DNA of 64,000 bases, from NCBI RefSeq assembly GCF_006345805.1, contig NC_043004.1, positions 76,074,001 through 76,138,000 on the forward strand. The letters are read 5' to 3'. Of the stretch, positions 41,564 through 52,893 are shown piece by piece. Within the stretch, counting starts at the first letter, position 1. Each line of letters opens with the position of its first letter. The stretch comes from Octopus sinensis (taxonomy: Eukaryota). Made by a program: the position numbers and the translations under genes. The notes beneath the pieces are model-generated. The model saw only the letters and a program-made list of their open reading frames with translations. It did not search any database and was not told the DNA's origin.

Positions 41564-42380
41564 CCTCTGTCAGGTGGCAATGGCAAAGGAGGTAGTGTCG
41601 TGGATAAGACTGAAAGGACTAAAGACAGATACTTTCCTCTTCGGCCCTCATTGACTTTTTCCAAGTTCCACTTGAAAAGGAAAGTGAGGGTAGAGAGGGA
41701 AGTTCTCTGCCCCTGTCCCAGTAAATTTGTTGGAAGGTGAGTGTATGTGGCAAAGATGACCCTTGTGAACGGGCCTACTCCGAACTTTTGTTTGTAAACC
41801 AGAGAAGTTGAGAAGGAGAGAGGTGCCTGCTGAGGTGAACCTGACGGTTGGGATAACCAGGTTGTGTGAGGTTCTGCAGTTGTCCCTTTGAGGAACTCCT
41901 CCCTTTTGGGGGAATTTTTATTGTTAAGTTGTTTTGTTATTTGTTTTTGTTACTTATTGTATACATGGCATTGTTCAACACCCCACTTGTCTCTTGCATT
42001 ATATTATCCCTCTTTGTTTTACTTTCAGCCCTTATGGCCAATAAATTTTTTTATTTATGTGCCCTTTTCAAGCCTAGCCAGGCTCATGGGCCCGGTTTCC
42101 CGGTTTTTGTGGCGTATTCTGTTCCCCCCAGCTGGATGGGACGTCAGTCCATCACAGCGTTACTCAAGAAACAGGAAGAAAGAGTGAGAGAAAGTTGGGG
42201 CGAAAGAGTACAACAGGGGTAACCACCACCCCCTGCCGGAGCCTTGTGGAGCTTTTAGGTGTTTTCACTCAATAAACGCACACAACGCCTGGTCTAGGAA
42301 TTGAAACCACGATCCTCCGACCACGAGTCCACTGCCCTAACCACTGGGCCATTGCACCTCCACATGGCCAATAAAAAAAG
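41564..42380 (+). mobile_element. Older 3' fragment of a related Tx1-like LINE, interrupted by a SINE near its end
   Basis: VAMAKEVVSWIRLKGLKTDTFL and ...FHLKRKVRVEREV match the 38 kb copy (VAMAKECIWWTRLKGLETNTFL...YHLKRKVRVERQV). It has frameshifts and ends cagcccttatggccAATAAA. (ATT)n-like sequence lies on both sides. Confidence 0.8.
42046..42363 (-). mobile_element. tRNA-derived SINE with 12-bp TSD
   Basis: TSD ATGGCCAATAAA at 42034-42045 and 42364-42375. Head gtggaggtgcaatggcccagtggttagggcag...ggtttcaattcc has A/B-box-like motifs. Confidence 0.85.
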
Positions 42381-42429
42381 TATTATTATCATTAACTTGT
42401 GAAAATTGCAAGAATGTATGGTACCTCTC

Positions 42430-42762
42430 TAAGCGTAGACCTGTGAGTGGGAGAGAAGGAATTGGAGATGGCACTTGCTCTTGGTGTTCCTGGGGGGGGG
42501 GAGAATCTCAGACAATGGGTCTCCTTAATTATCCCCAAAGGTCATCCTGTATCAAAAGGGCTACATCTCTACCATACCCACCCCTACTATTTTTCTTTAA
42601 ACCATTGTATACTATATATATGTCCCTTCCTTTTCGTTGTACACTGTGTATATTTACGTTTATTTTCGTTATATGTAAACCCCATCTCTTTATATCTGTC
42701 TTTGTATTGTTCCCCCTCATCCTTCGCCCTGGTGACCAATAAATAAAATCGTTATTAATATT
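42430..42762 (+). mobile_element. Possible further Tx1-type 3' UTR fragment
   Basis: Ends cgccctggtgaccAATAAAtaaa, similar to the terminal motif of the other two copies, followed by (ATT)n. No coding sequence left. Confidence 0.35.
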
Positions 42763-43011
42763 ATTATTATTATTATTATTAAGGTGGTGAGCCAGCAGAA
42801 TTGTTAGCATGCTGAATGAAATGCTTAGCAATATTTTTTCCTGTTGCTACATTCCAAGTTCAAATTCCACCAAGGTTGACTTTGTCTTTCATCCTTTTGG
42901 GGTCGATAAATTAAGTACCAGTCAAACACTGGGGCCAATGTAATCAAATAGTCCCCTCCTGCCAAATTTCAGGCTTTGTGCCTTTAGTAGAAAGGATTAT
43001 TATTATTATTA

Positions 43012-43047
<36 letters not shown>

Positions 43048-43254
43048 ATTAAAAGAGTGCAAGGTGATATGTAATAAAACATAGGTTGTGTTTGTTGAGC
43101 TATATTTCAACAGTATATCTATCTATCTTTTTTGGGTTCAAATAAAGAAATTAAAAAATTCCAGCTAGCCTATCCTGCATTCTCTGCAACACAGTATGGA
43201 TGACATCAAGTTTTGTTCATTTGCAACTGGTTAAAACGAGGAAAAATACCAAAA

Positions 43255-43318
43255 CATAATAATAATAATAATAATAATGATAATAAATAATAATAATAAT
43301 AATAATATAATAATAATA

Positions 43319-43381
<63 letters not shown>

Positions 43382-43390
43382 TAATAATAA

Positions 43391-43429
<39 letters not shown>

Positions 43430-43625
43430 TAATAATAATAATAAATAATAATAATAAATAATAATAATATAATAATAATAATAAATAATAATAATAATAA
43501 TAATATAATAATAAATAATAATAATAATAATAATAAAATAATAATAATAATAATAATATAATAATAATAAATAATAATATAATAATGATAATAATAAATA
43601 ATAATAATAATAATAATAAATAATA

Positions 43626-43673
<48 letters not shown>

Positions 43674-43700
43674 TAATAATAATAATATAATAATAATAAT

Positions 43701-43730
<30 letters not shown>
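43255..43730 (+). repeat. Long interrupted (AAT)n microsatellite
   Basis: Direct reading. Confidence 0.95.
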
Positions 43731-43733
<3 letters not shown>

Positions 43734-44139
43734 GAGAGGAGAGGAAAGAGAACAGTTACTCAAAAATGGTTTTGTATAAATCCAATGGAATTCTCCAGTT
43801 CTTTTGTTCCTCCCTCCAGGGCGTGACACTAGAAACTCAGAAATATATTTATATTTATGTTCATGTTTATGAGTTTACTAGTTTCACACCCTGGAATAAT
43901 GAACAAAATGACAAGAGAATTCCACCAGGTTTATGCAAAACTCTCTGATTAACTGTTCTCTTTCATTCTCCCTATTGTCCCCTACCCCTCCTGATTTAAC
44001 CAGTTAGGAACAAATGAAACTTGATATTGTTTTGTCTCAGAAGGAATGCAATGAATTCCAGTTGAAATTTTGAATTTCTGTATTTCTGTGTAGTTTTCAT
44101 TTTTCTATTTTGAACACAGAGAAGGCAGACATATTGTCG

Positions 44140-44465
44140 AAATACCCCTGTTGGTGACACGTAAAAAGCACTGTCCGAACGTGGCAGATGCCAGCACCGC
44201 CTGACTGGCGTCCGTGTCAGTAGCACGTAAAAGCACCAACCGATCGTGGCCGTTTGCCAGCCTCCTCTGGCCCCTGTGCTGGTGGCATGTAAAAAGCACC
44301 CACTACACTCACGGAGTGGTTGGCGTTAGGAAGGGCATCCAGCTGTAGAAACATGGCTAGATCAGACTGGAGCCTGGTGCAGCCTCCTGGCTTGCCAAAC
44401 CCCAGTCAAATCGTCCAACCCATGGCAGCATGGAAAACGGATGTTAAACGATGATGATGATGATG
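44140..44465 (+). mobile_element. SINE 3' module ending in a (GAT)n tail, with internal 40-60 bp tandem units; representative copy
   Basis: ...aaaagcacccactacactc...aggaagggcatccagctgtagaaac...ccaacccatg...cgttaaacgatgatgatg. Also at about 4390, 8160, 12190, 26200, 28865, 30820, 34975, 47560, 48015, 50580, 59580, 61225 and 63550. Confidence 0.85.
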
Positions 44466-45668
44466 ATTGTTTGATTTAATAAATAGAGTCACCTTCTATT
44501 TTATTTCACATCACAATACGTTCTTCTTATTGTGTATGTATCTTTGTGATGAGTTATGTCAATCTTCCTACAAACAGCTATTATCATCAAGTTAGCACAT
44601 TCTGATTTAATTAGCAGGAATTTTATTTTGAGGTTTGGTGACAACAAGTCTCCTCGAATCTCAAGGATCTTTCTTAGGGTTCTTTCAGAATAGAGGACAG
44701 TACTTAGTACTTCTCTTTCAGGTTGCCTTGGCAGACATCATTTAAAACAAATTTCATGGAAATTAGTGAATTCTTCAATCTAAAAATAACAGAGTTTCTA
44801 GTTGTTTCTTATCTTCTTCTGTGTGGAATCCTGTTTATAAACAGTCTCAGTTCAAACTCTGCCAAGGTTGATTGATTTTACCTTTCATCCTTTTGGGGTC
44901 AATAAAATAAGTACCAGCTGAGCATTTGGGTCAATGTAATCAGCTGAACCAAACCTCTTTCCTTAAAATTGCAGACCTTGTGCCAAAACCTGAAACCAAT
45001 ATTTTTACGCTGTACTTTTGAGATCAAGCACAGGGTTTTAAAACAAATATTTGGCAAGAACAATAATGTTACTAATTCTTTTTCTTTTCATAAGTTAGAG
45101 TCAAAGAGCAGAAGATACAAGAACAAATAATATTTAACCTTTGGAAATATACCCTCCCGGGGAGGAATTTGAGGATTCCAAGAGAAAAATTTGGGGATTC
45201 CAGAGGAGAAACTATTTTTAGGCTGAAGAATTTGTTATCGGTATCCACTCTGTTATTGTAAGATTTATTTCCTTAATGGTGAATTTAAGAATGCTAATGT
45301 GGAAATGTATACACGGCTGTTAATGTTATGCAATAAACTGTGTTGTATACAAGATAGAGATGATGGAGAAAAGGCAGGGAGGAACTTGTAAAAAGAAAAC
45401 TACAGGAGGTTAAGACACACCAATTGAAACAATTTATATACAGTGGAAGCCACTTATTATCATAGATTATGTTATCAATTGGTTATTGTTATCAAGAAAA
45501 AGTGTTGGTTACAAAAATGTACAGGATATTCTTAAGTTTAACCCTTTTGTTACCATATTTCTGTTGAGATGATCTGTGCTTCTTTCAATTAAATTTAAAT
45601 ATAAAGGAAGAATTTAGTAAAATAACTTAGTTATCATTCAGCTGGTGTTAGGAACATAAAGTTGGGTG

Positions 45669-45873
45669 GAGAACTATGTTAAGGGTCTGTGTGTCTGTGG
45701 AGCACTCAGCCACTTCTCCCTGAGAACTATGTTAAGGGTCTGTGTGTCTGTGGAGCGCTCAGCCACTTCTCCCTGAGAACTATGTTAAGGGTCTGTGTGT
45801 CTGTGGAGCGCTCAGCCACTTCTCTCTGAGAACTATGTTAAGGGTCTGTGTGTCTGTGGAGTGCTCAGCCACT
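45669..45873 (+). repeat. 53-bp tandem repeat (about 3.9 copies) of a SINE central segment
   Basis: Unit starts at 45669, 45722, 45775 and 45828 (gagaactatgttaagggtctgtgtgtctgtggagc.ctcagccact...). Confidence 0.95.
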
Positions 45874-46636
45874 TGCATGTTTATTTCATGAGCTGGCTGT
45901 TTAGTCGATGAGATCAACTGGAACCCTTGTTATCAACCTGTTGTCATCTAAAACAGTGCTTCACAGCTGGTATACCATGGCACACTGGGGTGCCACGAGA
46001 CGATGCTAGGTGTGCCACAGTGTAGCCTGAATATAAATTTTTCCCCTATACGTTTTGTTCAGGTGTGCCACCAAATTTTGAAAAGGATATAAGAGTACCA
46101 CAAGCAAAAAAAAGAAGTTGTGGAGCTTTGATCTAAAGGGATCTGTCCCAAAGTGATCACAATAAGCAGCTTCCATTGTAATTGACTTATGTCTTCTTCA
46201 TTAAGTAATGAGTAAAAGTAATTATTTGTAATATGAATGAATGTTTTTGGAGGAGGGGTACTACTAATTAAATAACCCCAATTTTCTGCTACATTTTGAT
46301 AACAATAATGATAGTGAAAAGTAGGTTCCGGTCTGTCAATCACTGGTTCACTGCATATTTGATGATGAGAGTGATAAGGGAGCATCTGTGCAACTTGGGC
46401 AGAACAAATGTCACAAAGCACGCTCAAACATACAAACATATACACACAGACATCTGTGAGATTGGATAAGTTTGTGTGTATTGCATAGAAGAGGAACCTG
46501 ATGTTTTGCGACTGACCTTTCGTATGTGCATGCGTGCGTGTGTGTGTATGTGTGTGAGAGTGACATTTGTACTGAAGCAGAACATCGCCAGTTTCCTCTC
46601 ACTGTTTTTTTGCATGATGCGTCTCTCTCTTTCTCT

Positions 46637-46674
<38 letters not shown>

Positions 46675-47079
46675 CACACACACACACATTTATGGAGACA
46701 TGCACTTATATGTACTCGTAAATTCTCGCAATTAACATTCATATTACTATTATATTATAGGTATGTGTTTTTGCTTAGATTCAGTTTGTCTCTGAATGAG
46801 CAGATAGACTATGGTTAAAGGCAACCCAGTCACGACCACCCCATCTATTTTTTCCAGTCACAATGCATGTTGGGATACATTATTCAAAGTATCCTCTGAT
46901 TCATTTTTTAAAAAGCAATTGGAAAGATTCAGTTGCTATTTCTAGCAGGTCAAGATGGTACTATCACTGGCTTGTAGGTAGAAGCTTGTTGTATTAATTA
47001 CCAAATACATATACATAGAGGCACACACACACACACACACACACACAGGTATTCTAATATTTGTATTTATAATACTTAC

Positions 47080-47295
47080 CGTCTGGACACAGGTCAAGAT
47101 CCATTACACAGTCGAAACGGTGAGTGAGGCCATTTATTCGAATGAATTGGCTGTTCTGAACATACAGGGCCTTGTTCTTAACACCCTGTCCAAAAATGGG
47201 ATATCCAGAAACAGTAGCGTCCAGTCCAGAGTTCGGATCTAGCTGACCCTTGGAAAATACATCCATCGGAAGGTAATATTTCGCTGGTTGTTGAA
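47080..47295 (-). CDS. Coding exon: N-terminal half of LamG/pentraxin-like domain 1 of a multi-domain extracellular protein (ADGRD1/GPR133-type domain)
   Basis: Acceptor ttttccaatttcag|TT and donor GAC G|GTAAGT; 216 nt, phase 1-1. Encodes VQQPAKYYLPMD...GVKNKALYV...DCVMDLDLCPDG. It joins the 40503 exon in frame (CPDG/YTISMW), rebuilding the C-x7-C-x2-G-[FY]-x2-S-x-W motif seen in the other domains. Confidence 0.88.
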
Positions 47296-48628
47296 CTGAA
47301 ATTGGAAAATGATAACAGTTAAGATAATGCATATTTTATACATGTTGCAGATACTCACACACACACATATATATATAGATATGTTTATTCATTATACCTT
47401 TTAATTTATTTCTCCTTTCATCTCAGTGTCACCTGAGCACTTCCAGGTGCAGCCCTATTTTTATTTTTGCTCTTTGGTTTAACGAAATTGTCTTTTGGTT
47501 TAACAAAGTTACAAAATTATTCCATCAGGTAGCACTGCTAAATATTTTTCAGAAACACCATTCATGCATGGGTTATTGCCAGTGCCACCCGACTGGCTCC
47601 CCGTACTGGTGACATGTAAAAAGCACCATCTGAACAGGGTCGATGCCAGCCCCCTCGCCCTGACTGGCTCCTGTGCCAGTGGCACATAAAATATACCATC
47701 CCATCCAAACATGGCTGATGCCAGTGCTGCCTGATTGGTTCCCATGCTGGTGGCATGTAGAAAAACACCCACTACACTCTTGGAGTGGTTGGTGTTAGGA
47801 AGGGCATCCAGCTGTAGAAACCTTGCCAGATCAGATTGGAGCCTGGTGCGGCCTCCTGGTTTATCAGTCCACAATCAAACCATCCAACCCATGCCAGCAT
47901 GGAAGGCAGACATTAAACGACAACGATGACGACGATGATGATGATTATGATAATGTGATACATCATCAATTTAAGTGATCCTCTCTATTTTATTATATAT
48001 ATATATATTATGTCATCATCATCATCATCATCATCATCATTTAATGTCCATTTTCCATGCTGGCATGGGTTGGCAAGCTAGCGAGTTGTGCCAAGCTCCA
48101 ATAGTCTGTTTTGGCATGGTTTCCACAGTTGGATGCCCTTCCTAACACCAACCACCTTACAGAGTGTACTGGGTGCTTTTTACATGGCACCAGCATGGGA
48201 GCTTTTTATGTGGTACCAGCACTGGCCCTTTGCTCATAGCCCCAGACAAATTCTCAAAGTTAATTGAAAATGTAAATCTTCAAAAAGAAAAAAAAAATTA
48301 AAATATAATTTTGTTTTTGTATTTGGTTTGCAAGATGCTTGATGTGAATTCAGGAGTTGAAGGGTATTGTGTTGAATTCTCCCAGTTGCGCATAAACTTG
48401 ATTTTATTTGATATATTCTCTCTCACCTCTGCCACTACCTGGCGTATACAGGTGCTTACACTTATCAAGTATTCACTCTAAATTTATAGACAGCTAGATA
48501 GCTAAATAAATATATAAACATAATAAATAATATTAGGGTAATAAGAATTATAGAAATTATTATTACCAGTGGCTTAGCACAAAAAAAAAAAATGTCAATA
48601 GACTATATATTATTCACATAAAAATACT

Positions 48629-48896
48629 GTGTACATTAGAACACTTTAAGAGGCTTCCAAATAGGAAAGCCTTGTGCTAGAAAGAGCAGTAGAAAACTCA
48701 AACCACTAATTATGGATAAATTCATTTACTAGAATGAGTTAGAAACCATGGTCTAGGAACTAAATTAGATGGTAAACGTTTTTAATTTTCAATCTTTTCG
48801 AGAATTTATCCATAATTAGTGGTTTGAGTTTTCTACTGCTCTTTCTAGCACAAGGCTTTCCTATTTGGAAGCCACTTAATGTGTTCTAATGTACAC
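48629..48896. repeat. Near-perfect inverted repeat: 95-bp arms, 78-nt spacer
   Basis: 48629-48723 versus the reverse complement of 48802-48896: 2 mismatches seen. Confidence 0.95.
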
Positions 48897-48997
48897 GATA
48901 TTAAATAAATATATAAATAGATTGTGAGATATCAAAGCAGAGATGTTCAATGATGCATACAAATTCACATAACTATTTGATAAAGAATGTGACATAC

Positions 48998-49040
48998 GTA
49001 TAATTGGGTTAATATGACACATCTACATCTCATATTTCCC
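48998..49040 (-). other. Candidate 43-nt linking micro-exon (phase 0 to 1) with an internal in-frame TAG
   Basis: Acceptor ttttttgttttttttgttcatag|GGG and donor TAC|GTATGT. 43 nt = 14 codons + 1, exactly the phase change needed between the 50034 and 47295 exons. Codon 6 is TAG (49025-49023). Confidence 0.3.
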
Positions 49041-49186
49041 CTATGAACAAAAAAAACAAAAAAACAGTGGCTCTATAAATACTTCAGATTATATAATTAT
49101 ACAATTATAACCTATCCAAAATCCATAGCCTAAGGACACGGCAGTCATATTATTATTACTAATACAATCAAAGAATTAAGGAAAAG

Positions 49187-49216
49187 TAGTCACGTGACTA
49201 TTATTAGCCAATTAGG
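49187..49216. promoter_or_regulatory. Palindromic E-box/CLEAR-like site next to a CCAAT box
   Basis: TAGTCACGTGACTA (perfect 14-bp palindrome) followed by AGCCAATTAG, in unique AT-rich sequence. Confidence 0.3.
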
Positions 49217-50033
49217 GCTCTCTTGAATACAACTTAATTATGTAAATAAGTATGTTGGATATGTTTATTTAAATCACTAGAACAAGTGTAGACAGAACAT
49301 AAATATTTACAAATTATGTCACTGTCATGAAATGTTTGAAAGAGAGAAAAGACAAAGTGGAAAAATGTGAAAAAAAAAAAAATGGCTGTCTTGTAATATT
49401 AAAAGCGCTATCTTGCAGTAAATTAAATTTAGTTTTCTGCTTGAATCTTAGAGTCAAAATCTTCAATAATAAAAGAAACATGAAAATCACATTTTGATTT
49501 CTTTTAAATATTAAGATTTAGAATTTTTAAGAATTTTCTAGATAGTGTAGACTTTAAAAATTGCTAATGTTTAATAAAAATTACATACTCATAACTAATT
49601 AAGCAGCTTTCTTTATTATAGAAGAGTTGTATGTATGCACATAGGCAGGTGGAACATTCCTGCACACACATGCATGAGCCTACGCATCAGCGCGTGCACA
49701 CACACACACACACACACACACAAATAATTGTAGTAGATATGTAGTTTTATTTTTGTTTATTGGTTTGGTTGCCTAACAGGTTTGTACTATCAAGGACACC
49801 AACACGTACACATTCAATCGTTTGTGATAAAACTGGTCGTAAAAAAATACAAAATCATGTAAACTCAGATGGGTGGAGGGACTGAAATCCGATTAATTTT
49901 CTTATAAAGAATTCAAACTAAAAACAAAACAAAGAAAAGACAACCAATTCAGGAAATGGTTTTTTGGGTGTTTTTCTTCAACAAGGGTGGACTTTTGCTC
50001 AGTTGGGCTTATTTTATTATAGCAAAAACATAC

Positions 50034-50087
50034 AGTTAAGATGAAACCGACCAAACATATGGGCCGCACCCTTGAACAAAAGACCAT
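50034..50087 (-). CDS. Candidate first coding segment (signal-peptide-like MVFCSRVRPICLVGFILT) within a 98-nt exon at 50034-50131
   Basis: Acceptor ttatcttttatacag|TG at 50131. All three frames have stops before the ATG, as expected for UTR. The ATG context is gaagaaATGG. It has a basic n-region, then a hydrophobic stretch, then the donor ACT|GTATGT (phase 0). The phase does not match the 47295 exon directly, so a linking exon is needed. Confidence 0.45.
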
Positions 50088-50539
50088 TTCTTCAAGATAG
50101 AAAGTCAGGCCTGGAGAGGGCTAAGCATTCACTGTATAAAAGATAACCATTACCATTTTATGGAACAATTCAACAATTATTAAAATGATATATAGAGAAA
50201 AATTCTTCCTCAAGAAAAAAAAAAAAAATTCTGGTCTTTATCATTATTTTGTTCCTGACCGTTAGTGATGGAGGTGGGGGTGGGGTGTAATTTACCATAA
50301 TTTTTATAGATAAATTTTTTGATGGCATTCATTTTCTCTATGAATTAGGAATATGAAGATTTGTACTATCTTAGTATTTCTCACTTAGATTTTGTCCATC
50401 ACAACCCCCCACCCCCACCCTTCACCTCACTATCTCTAAACTTTAATTAATGTGTATCAGTGAAAATTTGTGGTTGTAGTCATCTTCTGGCTGCTATTTT
50501 TAGCATGCTGGTACCACTTGTAGCACCCTTAATTATTGA

Positions 50540-50570
<31 letters not shown>

Positions 50571-51817
50571 CATCATCATCATCATCATTTAACATCTGTT
50601 TTCCATGCTGGCATGGGTTGGACGGTTTTGACTGAGGGCTGGCAACCAGATGGCTGCACCAGGCTCCAGTCTTGATCTGGCAGAGTTTCTACAGCTGGAT
50701 GCCCTTCCTAATGCCAACCACTCCAAGAGTGTAGTGGGTGCTTTTACGTGCCACCAGCACAGGAACCAGTCAGGTGACACTGGCATTGGCCACATTCAGA
50801 TGGTGCTTTTTACATGCAACCGACACAGGAGCCAGTCAGGGCTGGGGGAGGGGGGTGTCTGGCATTGACCATGTTTGGAAGGTTCTTTTTTTACATGCCA
50901 CTGGCATGGTAAGCCAGTCAGGTGGAACTGGGAACAACCCACGCATGAACGATGTTTATTGCGTGCTACCAGCATGGAAGCCAGTCAGGCAGCACTGGCA
51001 ACGACCCACCCATGAACGGTACAGCACTGGTATCGGCCACAACTACAATTTCCATTTTTTATTTCAATTTGATTGAGATTCTGATTTTGAGTTTGATCTA
51101 CAAAATGCTGCTTCCAGTAAGCAAAAGATTCGAGGAAGGAGATAAAAAAATATACTGCTCAGAAAAAAACAGTATTCTTTAACATTGAGAAAGAAAATGA
51201 TAATAATATTCAGGAATAAATTTGTGTCCCAGGAAAAAAAAAAATTAACTTCTGATGATTCAAATATGGTACATTCTGAGATATAAGCAAGGACCTTACT
51301 ACAAATGTCAGAACTCATATCACACATGTATATCTTATCATGTGATATATTTTATGAAGATTATCAATGTTGTTTGGTTGAAACCAGTGGGGGGTGTTAT
51401 TGCTTGTCTTTGATATCAAATTCTCTCTTATAAAATGTAGCACATTTAATATTGTGTACACTGAAATTTCTGCCTATAAATTAAGCACTCTCCCTATGCA
51501 TACATGCACACACATGCACACACGCGTATACATACTCATATATGTACACACACAAATATATATTTCTTTACTACCCACAAGGGGCTAAACACAGAGGGGA
51601 CAAACAAGGACAGACAAATGGATTAGACTCCAGTGCGTAACTGGTACTTAATTTATTGACCCCGAAAGGATAAAAGGCAAAGTTGACCTCGGCAGAATTT
51701 GAACTCAGAATGAAACAGCAGACGAAATACAGCTACACATTTTGCCTGGCATGCTAACAGTTCTGCCAGCTTGCCGCAATATATAAATACACAAATATAA
51801 ATACATACATACATACA

Positions 51818-51855
<38 letters not shown>

Positions 51856-51932
51856 TCAAAATGTGACCTCGTGTGTACCGTTGGCGATTTTTTTCCTCTG
51901 TCTTCCCTTCTCTGGATCTTTCCTTCTCCTAT

Positions 51933-51967
51933 GTTTCTGACGAAGAACTCCGCTCGAAACATTAAAC
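51933..51967 (+). ncRNA. Minimal hammerhead motif in a Penelope-LTR-like solo repeat (about 51865-52050)
   Basis: GTTT-CTGACGA-A-GAAC-tcc-GCTC-GAAA-C-A-T-T-AAAC. Stem I GTTT/AAAC, one mismatch in stem II. The repeat abuts (TA)n. Confidence 0.55.
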
Positions 51968-52508
51968 CCTCCTTCTTTCCTGAGCGTCCAATAATACTAT
52001 ATTTGTTCCTCGTGTTGTTGTGTTTTTTTGTGTTTTCTTGTTTGGATTAACTATATATATATATATATATATGTGTGTACATCGTCATCATTTTAATATC
52101 CACTTTTCCATGCTTGCAGTTGAAATTTATTGAGGCAGATTTTCTATGGCTGGATGTCCTTCCTGTTGCTAACCCTCACCTGTTTCCAAGTATATATATA
52201 TGCCTTCTTCTAGTTTCCGTTTACCAAATCTGCACCAAGAGCTTTGGTTGGTACTTGCTTTAGAATCACTAAATGAAGATCAAATCTTCTGTGGTACCCC
52301 CATGGTTTAAAGGGTTACAGGGTACTCAGTATAAAGATTTCAAACATTGCCATAGCAACCCACCATTTCATGGGTAACTGATTTCATAGAATCCACACCT
52401 GAGTTTCTCAATCATATTTTTGTCTGTGAATCCCTGTAATTCCTGTTTTATTCTACTAGGCCCTCATAGACATGTAAGATTGTAAAAAAGTCCCATTATA
52501 ATTAAATA

Positions 52509-52893
52509 CAGTAGAACCTCTCAGTACGAGTGCACCACTGTACAAGCAATTTGCTGTATGAGCTGTGACTCGTGTGAATTTTTATTTTTAAGTATAAGCA
52601 GAAATCTGCAGTACAAGCTCACAAATTGTCCCGTCTTTAAGGTAATTCAGTTAATAAAACCAGTTTACATATTTTTTTTGCATTCTCTTTTTTATAATTG
52701 TCATTTTACTTCTAACTATGCCTTTTCTGTTTTAAAACCCATAAAAAATTATTTTTCAGTGGTTTTGTGGGGTTGGAATGGGGTAATTATATTTTAGTTA
52801 ATTTCGATGGGGAAAATTAATTTGTAAAACGAGTAAATCATAAGATGAGCTTGGTCATGGAATGAATTAAACTCCTACTACGAGGTATCACTG
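52509..52893. mobile_element. Tigger/pogo-like (Tc1/mariner) MITE
   Basis: TA|CAGTAGAACCTC...GAGGTATCACTG|TA: imperfect TIRs with TA TSD. Confidence 0.75.

Noticed and set aside
43206-43829. 207-aa Tyr/Ile/Leu-rich ORF
   Set aside because: Translation of the (ATT)n tract.
45669-45873. CRISPR-like regular repeats
   Set aside because: Contiguous tandem units with no unique spacers, in a eukaryotic context, derived from a SINE.
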